From positions 990 to 64,989 of the forward strand of contig CAJARJ010000014.1 in the NCBI GenBank assembly GCA_903944345.1: DNA of 64,000 bases, read 5' to 3'. The position numbers were made by a program, and so were the translations under genes. This DNA is from Candidatus Omnitrophota bacterium (GTDB lineage: Bacteria > Omnitrophota > Gorgyraeia > Zapsychrales > Fredricksoniimonadaceae). This document shows, piece after piece, positions 36,578 through 45,790 of this stretch (position 1 is the first letter of the stretch; every line of letters starts with the position of its first letter). Below the pieces are notes generated by a model. The model was not told where the DNA came from, did no database searches, and worked only from the letters and a program-made list of their open reading frames with translations.

Positions 36578-38588
36578 TTTTTGTCATCTCCTCGAACTGT
36601 TGCTCGTTGACAATCCTGAGCCCAAGCCGGCGAGCTTTCTCCAGCTTTGCTCCGGCCTGATCCCCCGCCACCACATAAGTCACGGAAGCACTGACCGTAT
36701 CCGAAATGTCTGCTCCCAACGAACGAACCAATGCCTGGGCCTGTACGCGAGTCATCCCCAGCATTGTACCCGTAAAAACAAATACCTGACCGGAAAATTT
36801 TCCTGTTATATCCTGATCCGGTTCGGACAAGTTCAACTCCGCCAAAGCAAGCTGCCGCAAAAGCTCACAAGTTTCCTCCTGAAGAAAAAAACGCCTGAGA
36901 GCATCCGCACAAACCGGACCGATCTCCGGCAGTGCCGTCAATTCTTCCAGAGAAGCCCGGGAGAGTTCCGCCATGGTTCTGAAACGACGCGCCAGTGTCC
37001 AGGCCGCTTTAGCGCCAATATTCACAATACCCAGCGCAAACAGAAGCCTGGATAAGGGCCGGTCCTTGCTACGTTCAATGGCTCCCAGCAAATTATCTGC
37101 TTTCTTGTCAGAGAAAAGACGCAATGACAAAAGACCGCTCCTGGTCAAAGAATAAATCCCTGCCACAGAACGTACCAAACCCGCCTCGACCAGCTGGGAG
37201 GCCACCGACTCGCCAAGACCATCAATATCCATCCCCCCACGGGAGGAAAAATGCACCAGCCGCCTTTGCAACTGACGGGGACAGGAAGGATTCATGCAGC
37301 GATACGCCACTTCATCCTCGTCTCGACAGATAAAATCCGGACGGCAGTCCGGACAATCCGAGGGAACCGGAGAAATTACGGGACGCTCCAGAGCCGGACG
37401 CTCAAGCACCTTCACTACACGGGGAATAACATCTCCCGCCCGTTCTATCAGCACCAGATCACCAGGCGCAATATCCAGTCGTTTGACCTCATCAAAATTA
37501 TGCAAAGTGGAACGAGAAATGGTAACTCCGCCGCAAGCCACCGGTTCAAGCTCGGCCACAGGGGTCAGGACACCGCTGCGGCCAACCTGAACACTGAGGG
37601 CGCGCACCCGGGTTACGGCCTGACTCGCAGAAAACTTGAATGCTACCGCCCAGCGGGGACTCTTCATGGTCTCCCCCAGCTCCACCTGCAGGGCCATATC
37701 ATTGACCTTGATCACCACTCCATCAACATCATAAGGCAAAGATGAACGCAGTCCTTCCAGCCGTGTACATTCCTGTGGCAAATGCCGGGCATCTGGACAT
37801 AAAACGCTGTTGGGCTCAACGGGCAGTCCCCATTCCCGGGCCGCCTCAAGAAAATCGTGATGCGAACCGATCCGTCCCTGCCACCCCGTAACACGCCCGA
37901 AAGAATGAGCAAAGAAACGAAGTTTCCGACGGGAAGACTCTCGAGGATCCATCAACTTCAAAGACCCGCTGGCCGCATTACGCGGATTAACAAACGGTTC
38001 TTCTTTCAATCTTTCACGTTCCTGATTCAGGCATGAAAGATCCTCCCGATTCATATAAACCTCACCCCGAATCTCCAAAAATTCCGGAACAGGAATCCGG
38101 CGGGAAACAAGCTGCAGAGGCACCGACGCAATAGCCCTGATATTATGCGTTACATCTTCACCGACCTGGCCATCACCCCGCGTGGCCCCCATAACCAGAA
38201 TACCGCGCTCATAAATCAGGGACGCACTGACACCATCAATCTTGAACTCGACCGCCAGCGCAGGCTCCACCCCATCAAGCGACTTGACAACTCGCTCATG
38301 CCATCGCAAAACTTCTTCTATTGAATACGTGTTATCCAGAGACAACATCTTGAACTCATGCCGCACGGTTCTGGCGCCGGAAGGAACCTTGGCGCCAATG
38401 CGTTGTGAAGGAGAGTGTGCAACGCGATGCTCGGGAAAACGCTCCTCAAGACCAATCAGGACTCGCAACAAGCGATCATATTCCTCGTCAGAAACAACCG
38501 GCTTGTCGAGCACATAATAGCAATAATTGTGCTCCTGAATCTGCTCAACAAGACGAACAATCTCTTCCCGGGCCTGATCACTATCCAT
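36567..38588 (-). CDS. ligA: NAD-dependent DNA ligase
   Basis: KIDG adenylation motif, TRGDG..GEDVT, DGVVIK, zinc finger, HhH, BRCT. Confidence 0.97.
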   Translation of the reverse strand: MDSDQAREEIVRLVEQIQEHNYCYYVLDKPVVSDEEYDRLLRVLIGLEERFPEHRVAHSPSQRIGAKVPSGARTVRHEFKMLSLDNTYSIEEVLRWHERVVKSLDGVEPALAVEFKIDGVSASLIYERGILVMGATRGDGQVGEDVTHNIRAIASVPLQLVSRRIPVPEFLEIRGEVYMNREDLSCLNQERERLKEEPFVNPRNAASGSLKLMDPRESSRRKLRFFAHSFGRVTGWQGRIGSHHDFLEAAREWGLPVEPNSVLCPDARHLPQECTRLEGLRSSLPYDVDGVVIKVNDMALQVELGETMKSPRWAVAFKFSASQAVTRVRALSVQVGRSGVLTPVAELEPVACGGVTISRSTLHNFDEVKRLDIAPGDLVLIERAGDVIPRVVKVLERPALERPVISPVPSDCPDCRPDFICRDEDEVAYRCMNPSCPRQLQRRLVHFSSRGGMDIDGLGESVASQLVEAGLVRSVAGIYSLTRSGLLSLRLFSDKKADNLLGAIERSKDRPLSRLLFALGIVNIGAKAAWTLARRFRTMAELSRASLEELTALPEIGPVCADALRRFFLQEETCELLRQLALAELNLSEPDQDITGKFSGQVFVFTGTMLGMTRVQAQALVRSLGADISDTVSASVTYVVAGDQAGAKLEKARRLGLRIVNEQQFEEMTKNDT

Positions 38589-38594
38589 ATAAAA

Positions 38595-38864
38595 TCAATC
38601 CTTGATCGTGAAATCCTGAAAAGCGGCGGAAGCGGGCAGCGATTGCAGATGAATATCCCGAATAAAACCCTGGAAATGATGACTCACACGGCTGATCATC
38701 TGCTGAAGTACAGCCTCTTCGGCCTCAGCCTTCATTTCAACTGAACGATCCGGCAGGTTCCTCACCCATCCTGTAACCCCCAGATCCCGGGCAGCCAAAA
38801 GTACAAAAAACCGAAATCCCACCCCCTGGACTTTGCCCGAAAAAAGAACATGATAACAGATCAT
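38595..38864 (-). CDS. acyP: Acylphosphatase
   Basis: GKVQGVGFR, GWVRNLPD.SVE. Confidence 0.93.
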   Translation of the reverse strand: MICYHVLFSGKVQGVGFRFFVLLAARDLGVTGWVRNLPDRSVEMKAEAEEAVLQQMISRVSHHFQGFIRDIHLQSLPASAAFQDFTIKD

Positions 38865-39367
38865 GTCTGGCGGTCCCGACGAGAGAGATTATCAAACAGG
38901 CTCATAAAGGCACAAAGCACAATAAAAACACTGGCTCCGGCTTTAAGCACGCCGGGAAGCGGCACTTTTGAAGTTTCTATATAAACCTGGGCAGGATCAT
39001 TATCAGAATAGCGGACAGCCACCTGCTTATGGGCAGGATAACGATCCACCACCGCTTCAGCTTCAACCCTTAATGGATAGATTTTATCGATTAACGTCAG
39101 CGATTTGGAAACAAATCTATCCGGGCCCAACGCATAAGAAAACCAGACTCTGGGCACATATCCTTTTATATTGCCGGACCCAAAGCCACCATTTCTCTCC
39201 TCGATGTGAGAAGAAATCACCTGCCCCTCCACCGAAGGCCACTTCGGAGCCGAAATCAAAAGAAACATGACTCGAAACGGTTCGAATCCCAGATAAATTC
39301 CGGAGAACAATAGCAGAACGCTTATAAGGGGCGCGAAGAAAAAAAAGGGAGTGGAAGGTCGGGACAT
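38861..39367 (-). CDS. DUF3592-like membrane protein
   Basis: TM, WPSVEGQVISS, Y.P.V.FSY, V.VRY...DP, TM. Confidence 0.75.
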   Translation of the reverse strand: MSRPSTPFFFFAPLISVLLLFSGIYLGFEPFRVMFLLISAPKWPSVEGQVISSHIEERNGGFGSGNIKGYVPRVWFSYALGPDRFVSKSLTLIDKIYPLRVEAEAVVDRYPAHKQVAVRYSDNDPAQVYIETSKVPLPGVLKAGASVFIVLCAFMSLFDNLSRRDRQT

Positions 39368-39416
39368 AGGTTCTATTCTGAAAAGATAAGCTCAGGCTCT
39401 GCCTGTTGAATCAAAA

Positions 39417-39493
39417 TGGTCGGGAGAGGGGGATTTGAACCCCCGACCTCAACGTCCCGAACGTTGCGCGCTAGCCACCTGCGCTATCTCCCG
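39417..39493 (-). tRNA. tRNA-Pro(CGG)
   Basis: CGGGAGA acceptor stem, anticodon arm CAACG-TTCGGGA-CGTTG, GGTTCAAATC T-loop, encoded CCA; 77 nt. Confidence 0.97.
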
Positions 39494-39508
39494 AAAAAAA
39501 GATGCGAT

Positions 39509-39537
39509 ATAGTAACACCGAACTGCTGCTTAGTCAA
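39509..39537 (-). promoter_or_regulatory. sigma70 promoter TTGACT-N17-TACTAT for tRNA-Pro
   Basis: Boxes with 17-nt spacer 15 nt upstream of the tRNA. Confidence 0.7.
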
Positions 39538-39968
39538 ACTCTCTTCACTCCAAACCCTATTTCGGCTGACACCGCCAGCTCGTCACCAACATAAGCCTTG
39601 CAATCCAGAAAGCCCGCCATAGCCAGTAATTTAACCGTTCTGACCTCGATACGCAGCTGATCTCCCGGCACAACCACACGATGGAACTTGGCCGAAGTTT
39701 TAGCCAGATAATAAATCAGCCGGGAGCCTTCCATATTCTTGGAATAATAGAAATAAATACAGCCTGCCTGGGCCATGGCCTCGATCATCAAGACTCCGGG
39801 CATCACTTTTTCATCGGGAAAATGTCCCTGAAACTGCGCTTCATTGACTGAAACATTCTTGATTGCCACCAGGCGCTCATTGGGGACACATTCAATAACC
39901 CGGTCAATCATCAAAAAAGGAAACCGATGCGGAATGATCTTCTGAATCTCCTGGATATTCAGCTCCAT
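39534..39968 (-). CDS. fabZ: 3-hydroxyacyl-ACP dehydratase
   Basis: IPHRFPFLMIDR, FQGHFP, MPGVLMIEAMAQ, VVPGDQL. Confidence 0.95.
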   Translation of the reverse strand: MELNIQEIQKIIPHRFPFLMIDRVIECVPNERLVAIKNVSVNEAQFQGHFPDEKVMPGVLMIEAMAQAGCIYFYYSKNMEGSRLIYYLAKTSAKFHRVVVPGDQLRIEVRTVKLLAMAGFLDCKAYVGDELAVSAEIGFGVKRV

Positions 39969-40039
39969 AAAACAACTCCTTTACATGTCATTGACTTGAA
40001 CAGATTCTAATACAACTTCGGCTGTCCGCATAAAACTTT

Positions 40040-40987
40040 TCAGAACTGCACACCCAGCCTGGCTCCTATCGCCAGAGAAGTATTTGCAGGCTCATACCCT
40101 TCTATCGTCCCGAACTGATTGGACGCTGTCTGAACTTTGGACTGACTGATGTTCCAGTAACGCACATAAGGAGAAACAAGATAATTGATTTTATCTCCTT
40201 TTTTAATTAAATCAACTGACCCGCGCAAACCATACCCGCGGGTCTGATCGTTATTCAGATCCGGGTAGATCTCGCCGGGCGTCCCTGTCGGCACCTGATG
40301 AAGGTAAGATGTCTGCCAGCCGTGAAGAAACAAATCATACTCACCATTCAGTTTCAGTTCCCAGCCGTATGCCGGAACCAAAGCCCACTCAATACCTACG
40401 GGGATATAAAGATACTGTGACCGTCGGTCATAACCATAATGACCTGTTGAGGTAATCTTCCCGCCAAAATTGTCCATCAAATAACGATAACCAAGCCCTA
40501 CATACGGCGTGAAGCGACTGTCCTGAGCCAGAATGAAATCTTTACCAACCCAAATACGCGGCTCAATGATGACATCAACGATATCATCAACTTGTCCCGA
40601 ACCGGTGTACTCCATCTGACCGAAATCAAAACTCAGATCAAAATGATAGACGTTCAAAATCCTGGCGGCAAAATACTCACCGGGCATCCGGTAATTATAA
40701 ACACCAAAAAGACCATACGCCATCCCCTTCGAGCTCATTCCCTCACCCGGCTCACGATAAGTGATCTGGGATATTTGTGTGCCGGCTTCAAGCTGATGTC
40801 CATTGTCATCAGCAGAGTCATTAATCCGGCTGCCTTTTTCCGTCATCAGACGCTCGAATGTTTCCTCATCTTCCTCGTTCAGATAAGAATTATCTGCCCT
40901 GGCCGCATCCGCCGCCAGTGCCGCGCAGGCCAGAAAGAAAGAAACAATCATCCATCTCAGGTACAACATAACTCCCGCCTTTCTCAA
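40040..40987 (-). CDS. Outer membrane beta-barrel protein
   Basis: Signal peptide, alternating aromatic strands (PYVGLGYRY, PYVRYWNI), C-terminal beta signal RLGVQF. Confidence 0.8.
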   Translation of the reverse strand: MRKAGVMLYLRWMIVSFFLACAALAADAARADNSYLNEEDEETFERLMTEKGSRINDSADDNGHQLEAGTQISQITYREPGEGMSSKGMAYGLFGVYNYRMPGEYFAARILNVYHFDLSFDFGQMEYTGSGQVDDIVDVIIEPRIWVGKDFILAQDSRFTPYVGLGYRYLMDNFGGKITSTGHYGYDRRSQYLYIPVGIEWALVPAYGWELKLNGEYDLFLHGWQTSYLHQVPTGTPGEIYPDLNNDQTRGYGLRGSVDLIKKGDKINYLVSPYVRYWNISQSKVQTASNQFGTIEGYEPANTSLAIGARLGVQF

Positions 40988-41015
40988 ACTTCAGATATAA
41001 AGTACATCCTAACCG

Positions 41016-41606
41016 TCAATCGCCTTTTGATTTCTTAAGCAAATACTTGGCCAAAAGATCCGTCTCGATATTGACCAGGTCTCCGGCTTTCTTGCGGCCA
41101 ATGGTCGTGACCGCCAGAGTATGCGGAATAAAGTACACCGCAAACCATTGCGGAGCTACCTTTCCCACCGTAAGACTTATCCCGTCAATTGTTACCGATC
41201 CTTTGGGCACCACATAGCGCATCAGCGGTCTGGGAATGCTCAACCTGTATTCCACATAATTAGGCAGAACCCGGATCGCCTTGATTGTACCGGTCGCATC
41301 CACATGCCCGGTCACAAAGTGCCCGCCAATACGCGCCTGAGCCTGCATGGCTCTTTCCAGATTAACTTCACTGCCACACACCAGCCGACCCAAAGTCGTG
41401 GCTTCAAGCGTTTCTTTCATTAGATCGAAGTAAAGGCAGCCCTTTTTTATTGCCGTAACCGTCAGGCATACCCCGTCATTGGACACGCTGTCGCCGACAC
41501 GAACATCCGTAAAGATCCCGGGCTTTTTGAGCACCAACGTATAAAGATTTTCTTTCTTACTTAACTCAACCACCTTGCCGAGCGTTTCAACAATTCCGGT
41601 GAACAT
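41016..41606 (-). CDS. ribE: Riboflavin synthase (alpha chain)
   Basis: MFTGIV, GVCLTV, VNLERA, GGHFVTGHVD, GISLTV. Confidence 0.96.
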   Translation of the reverse strand: MFTGIVETLGKVVELSKKENLYTLVLKKPGIFTDVRVGDSVSNDGVCLTVTAIKKGCLYFDLMKETLEATTLGRLVCGSEVNLERAMQAQARIGGHFVTGHVDATGTIKAIRVLPNYVEYRLSIPRPLMRYVVPKGSVTIDGISLTVGKVAPQWFAVYFIPHTLAVTTIGRKKAGDLVNIETDLLAKYLLKKSKGD

Positions 41607-42696
41607 GCAACACCTCCGCTTCAATAAAAAGATCCCCAAAACTTTGTTCGACCCCCAGAAATCTTAAAGGAAAGGCTCTGGAAATCTTTGCAGGCATCAA
41701 CCCGCTGACGCTCCCCCGGGCCTGGTCATCGCCCAGAAGCTTGGGCGCCACATAAAGATGCAGCCGGTCCACCAGCCCCTTTTTAAGAGCACTGCCTATG
41801 ACCTTGGGGCCGCCTTCAACAAGAATATTGATGAGTCCGCGCTTGCCCAACAGGCACAAAAGCCAACCAAGATCCACTCCCGAATCTGTCCGGGGACATA
41901 CAATCACATCCACCCGTCGCTGCCTAAAGCTGGTGATCAGAGCAGCCGGAGCCTTCCTGGTGGTTGCCAGAATAACCTGGCCGTCCGCTGTGGCGTCAAA
42001 CAGCCTGGCTTTAAGCGGAATTCTCAGGGAAGAATCCAGAACAACTTTGACCAAAGGCTTGCCGTTAACGTCAAGCCGGGGGTTATCCATCAGGACTGTA
42101 TTAACCCCTGTCACAATAGCGTCAAAGAGAAACCGCTTGCCCCGCGACTTTTCTCTTGTTTGATCTGAAGTGATCCATTTTGAATCCCCGCCCCGGCAGG
42201 CAACCCTGCCATCAAGCGTCTGGGCAATTTTTGCCGTAACAAAAGGCAATCCGGTTGTCATGTATTTGATAAAAGCCGCATTCAGCTGCAGGAGTTCGTC
42301 TTCACAAACGCCACAGCAGACCTCAACGCCTGCCCGGCGCAATTTACGCAAGGATTTTCCAGCCGTCAGCGGATTAGGATCAACCATGCCAATCACTACC
42401 CTGCGGACACCAGCCTTGATCACGGCATCCACACACGGCGGAGTACGTCCATAATGAAAACACGGCTCAAGAGTTACATACATCTCCGCGCCCCGGGAGG
42501 CTGTCCCGGCTTTTTTCAGCGCATCAATTTCGGCGTGATCCTGCCCGCAAGCCCGATGCCAACCCCGTGCAATAACCCGTCCAGCCTTGACCAGTACACA
42601 CCCGACCATCGGGTTGGGCGATGTCCTGCCCCGCCCCTTCTGTGCCAGGGCTATGGCCTGACGCATAAAAGCAATATCTTTATCAGTCTTCGACAT
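41587..42696 (-). CDS. ribD: Riboflavin deaminase/reductase
   Basis: PNPMVG, HAE, TLEPC.H.GRTPPC, SKWIT, VEGG. Confidence 0.96.
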   Translation of the reverse strand: MSKTDKDIAFMRQAIALAQKGRGRTSPNPMVGCVLVKAGRVIARGWHRACGQDHAEIDALKKAGTASRGAEMYVTLEPCFHYGRTPPCVDAVIKAGVRRVVIGMVDPNPLTAGKSLRKLRRAGVEVCCGVCEDELLQLNAAFIKYMTTGLPFVTAKIAQTLDGRVACRGGDSKWITSDQTREKSRGKRFLFDAIVTGVNTVLMDNPRLDVNGKPLVKVVLDSSLRIPLKARLFDATADGQVILATTRKAPAALITSFRQRRVDVIVCPRTDSGVDLGWLLCLLGKRGLINILVEGGPKVIGSALKKGLVDRLHLYVAPKLLGDDQARGSVSGLMPAKISRAFPLRFLGVEQSFGDLFIEAEVLHVHRNC

Positions 42697-42709
42697 ATCT
42701 ATGAATATT

Positions 42710-43540
42710 TCAGGACGCAGCAAGACGCTGTTTCATTCTTTCTACAACAGAAAAGTCCACGTAGGCCTTTGAAATCCAGGTACTGGTTTTACCCCGGCCA
42801 TGTGCATCTGACCCCCCGGTTGCCAACAAACCATACTTGGTAGTCAGGTTTAGATAAAAATCAGTCACCGCTGGCGAACAATTCGGATAATAGCACTCAA
42901 TACCATCAAGGCCTGCAGACACCATTCCGCGAATCAGCTCGTCTTTACGGGTCAACATAGGATGAGCAAGAACCGCAAGCCCACCGGAATCCTTGATCAA
43001 GCGTATTGCTTCATAAGGGGTTTGCTGATATTTAGGAAAATAAGCCTGCGCCCCCTCCCCAAGATAACGGGTAAAGGCCATGTCCAGCGATGCCACATGC
43101 CCCTTCTGCACCAGCAACTTGGCCAGATGCAGCCGGCCGACAGCATCCGAGCGCACCTGTCCGGACACTTCATCGAAGGCGATATCATTAATCCCGAGGC
43201 TGATTAATTTATCGATCATCTTTCTCATCCGCTCCACCCGTCCGGACTGAATCAGAGAAAGTTTCTCAAGCAGAGGATTGTCGGAAAGTCCGAATAAATA
43301 ACCCAGAATATGAATATCTTTTCCGGAAAAATCAGAAGAAAGCTCAACACCGGTAATAACCTCGACTCCCAAAGACTGCCCGACAGCAACAGCCTCGGAG
43401 ACACCGTCCAGCGTATCATGATCGGTTATAGCGATTGCCGCAAGACCGCAGGCTGCGGCCTCAGACACAACCTCGGCAGGAGACTGTGTGCCATCAGAAT
43501 AATAGGTATGAATATGAAGGTCGGCGCGCCGCTCGCTCAT
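42710..43540 (-). CDS. PHP-domain metallophosphoesterase (TrpH/YciV-like)
   Basis: DLHIHT..SDG, ITDHD, GVELS, LAHP, GGSDAHG. Confidence 0.92.
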   Translation of the reverse strand: MSERRADLHIHTYYSDGTQSPAEVVSEAAACGLAAIAITDHDTLDGVSEAVAVGQSLGVEVITGVELSSDFSGKDIHILGYLFGLSDNPLLEKLSLIQSGRVERMRKMIDKLISLGINDIAFDEVSGQVRSDAVGRLHLAKLLVQKGHVASLDMAFTRYLGEGAQAYFPKYQQTPYEAIRLIKDSGGLAVLAHPMLTRKDELIRGMVSAGLDGIECYYPNCSPAVTDFYLNLTTKYGLLATGGSDAHGRGKTSTWISKAYVDFSVVERMKQRLAAS

Positions 43541-43956
43541 GCTCCGGAGACGACTTCCTGCTTGTGAATACGATCCAGAATACCGTTAACAAACTTTCCC
43601 GATTCCATGTCGCCATACTTCTTGGCCAGTTCGACCGCCTCGTTTATTGCCACCTTGGGAGGAATCCCCTGGGTGTATTTCAGCTCATACAATCCCATCC
43701 GTAAAACATTACGGTCAATAACAGCCATCCGGTTAAGCTGCCAATTGGTTGCATAACTTGAAACTTTTTCATCTATCGCTGAAAGGTTGGTCCAAATCCC
43801 CTTCACCATATCCGAGGCGAACTGCCGGACTTCCTGGTCATGCTCCGACTCCTGCTCCCAGAAAAGTTCCAGACTTTTGCCAACGTCCGTATGAGTCATC
43901 TCAAGCTGATAAAGGACTTTCAGCGCACATTCCCGCGCCTGACTGCGTTTTCGCAT
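43537..43956 (-). CDS. nusB: Transcription antitermination factor NusB
   Basis: [29 protein letters not shown]. Confidence 0.96.
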   Translation of the reverse strand: MRKRSQARECALKVLYQLEMTHTDVGKSLELFWEQESEHDQEVRQFASDMVKGIWTNLSAIDEKVSSYATNWQLNRMAVIDRNVLRMGLYELKYTQGIPPKVAINEAVELAKKYGDMESGKFVNGILDRIHKQEVVSGA

Positions 43957-43958
43957 GC

Positions 43959-44435
43959 CTACAAACCTTTCAAAAGCGGTCCCATTTCAAAAGCCGTGCG
44001 TGCCGCACAGGCTCCTTTGTTATCCCGATCCCCTTTTCTGGCTCTGGCCACACACAGCTCAATTGTGTCGGCCACCAGCACTTCGAAAACCACAGGCTTG
44101 CCGGTTGACAGGGCAACAGACTGCAATCCACGAGCGGTTTCCGCTGCCACCAGTTCATAATGGGCCGTTTGCCCTTTAATAATGGCACCAAGACAAATCA
44201 CCGCTTCAATATTCTTTTTTCTGGCCAAATAAAGAGCTGTTACCGGCAACTCGAAAGCCCCGGGGACATTGACCACCTCAAGAGCATCCCGACTTATACC
44301 AAGACGGGCAAACTCGCCAAGGCAAGCCTCAAGCAGATTGTTGGTAATAAAATCATTAAAACGGGAAACGACAACCGCAAAGCGAATCCTGGAAGGAGAA
44401 CGCCGGGAGGCGGATAAACGTCTAGCCATATCCAA
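43959..44435 (-). CDS. ribH: 6,7-dimethyl-8-ribityllumazine synthase
   Basis: [26 protein letters not shown]. Confidence 0.95.
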   Translation of the reverse strand: MDMARRLSASRRSPSRIRFAVVVSRFNDFITNNLLEACLGEFARLGISRDALEVVNVPGAFELPVTALYLARKKNIEAVICLGAIIKGQTAHYELVAAETARGLQSVALSTGKPVVFEVLVADTIELCVARARKGDRDNKGACAARTAFEMGPLLKGL

Positions 44436-44460
44436 ACCTTGTTAAAACACGCTAAGAAAA

Positions 44461-45663
44461 TTACGACAACAAATGCCCTAACTTGACTTTTTTGGTCTCG
44501 AGGTATTTCTTGTTCTTTTCCGTGTGAGCAATTTGCAACGGCACCCGCTCGATCACGGTCAGGCCATATCCTTCAAGTCCAACAATCTTGCGGGGATTAT
44601 TGGTTAGCAGCCGTATTTGTCTGACACCCAAATCAACCAGAATCTGGGCGCCTATGCCATAATCGCGCAAATCAGCGGCGAACCCCAAAGCCTCGTTGGC
44701 CTCGACAGTATCCATGCCCTTGTCCTGCAAGGCATACGCTTTTAATTTATTGACCAAGCCAATCCCCCGGCCCTCCTGGCGCATATACAAAAGAACCCCT
44801 GAACCATCTTTGCTGATTTGTTTCATGGCCTCTTCAAGCTGACCATTACAGTCGCAGCGCAAGGAACCAAAAACATCTCCTGTAAGACACTCGGATTGTA
44901 CTCTGACCAGAACAGGGGTATCCTTCTCAGGTTTTCCTTTAATCAAGGCCACATGCTGAAAATCATCAATTTTTGAAGAATACACCACCATATGAAAATT
45001 GCCATATTTAGTGGGAAGATCAACCTCCGCCTGACGGGTGATAAAACGTTCGTTCTTGCGACGATATTCAATAAGACTGTCAATGGTGCATATCTTGAGC
45101 CCATGCCGACGGGAAAATTCTTTAAGATCCTGTGTTCTGGCCATGGTACCATCTTCGTTCATGATCTCGCAAATGACACCTGCCGGATAAAGACCAGCCA
45201 TCTTGGTCAGATCAACCGAAGCCTCGGTATGCCCGGCGCGAACCAATACTCCGCCCTTCTTGGCACGAAGAGGAAACAAATGACCAGGAGTCACAAAATC
45301 TTTGGGACCTGATTTCTGGTCGATCAGAAGTTTTACAGTATACGCACGGTCTGCCGCGGAAATCCCGGTCGTAATGCCATGAGCCGCATCCACCGAAATC
45401 GCCCAGCCAGTATTACATGGCTGATGAATATCACTGGCAGCATCTTTCATGGGATGCAATCCGAGCGCGTCCAGCCTTTTAGCTTCCATCGGAACACATA
45501 CCAGCCCACGGGCATGGCGAGCCATAAAATTAATCGCATCAGGGGTAACAAACTCGGCAGCCATCAGAACATCACCTTCGTTCTCCCGCCCTTCATCGTC
45601 CATAACGATCACCATGCGTCCGGCTTTTAGCTCGGCTATGATCTCTGGAATAGAATGGAACAT
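44461..45663 (-). CDS. ribBA: DHBP synthase / GTP cyclohydrolase II
   Basis: [46 protein letters not shown]. Confidence 0.97.
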   Translation of the reverse strand: MFHSIPEIIAELKAGRMVIVMDDEGRENEGDVLMAAEFVTPDAINFMARHARGLVCVPMEAKRLDALGLHPMKDAASDIHQPCNTGWAISVDAAHGITTGISAADRAYTVKLLIDQKSGPKDFVTPGHLFPLRAKKGGVLVRAGHTEASVDLTKMAGLYPAGVICEIMNEDGTMARTQDLKEFSRRHGLKICTIDSLIEYRRKNERFITRQAEVDLPTKYGNFHMVVYSSKIDDFQHVALIKGKPEKDTPVLVRVQSECLTGDVFGSLRCDCNGQLEEAMKQISKDGSGVLLYMRQEGRGIGLVNKLKAYALQDKGMDTVEANEALGFAADLRDYGIGAQILVDLGVRQIRLLTNNPRKIVGLEGYGLTVIERVPLQIAHTEKNKKYLETKKVKLGHLLS

Positions 45664-45716
45664 ATCAACCCCTTAGCAGTGCTGGTCCCCATTAATTTGA
45701 TTTAAACTATCTGGTC

Positions 45717-45745
45717 ATGATACGGGAGAGGCAAATGCTTGTCAA
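45717..45745 (-). promoter_or_regulatory. sigma70 promoter TTGACA-N17-TATCAT for the rib operon
   Basis: Consensus -35 and near-consensus -10 about 54 nt upstream of ribBA. Confidence 0.8.
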
Positions 45746-45790
45746 GGTCTTTGTCCTCCCCCTGCAGAAACAAATTCTTTTTTCTTGTGA

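Noticed and set aside
45664-45790. FMN riboswitch upstream of ribBA
   Set aside because: The predicted leader is only about 45-50 nt and lacks RFN conserved motifs.
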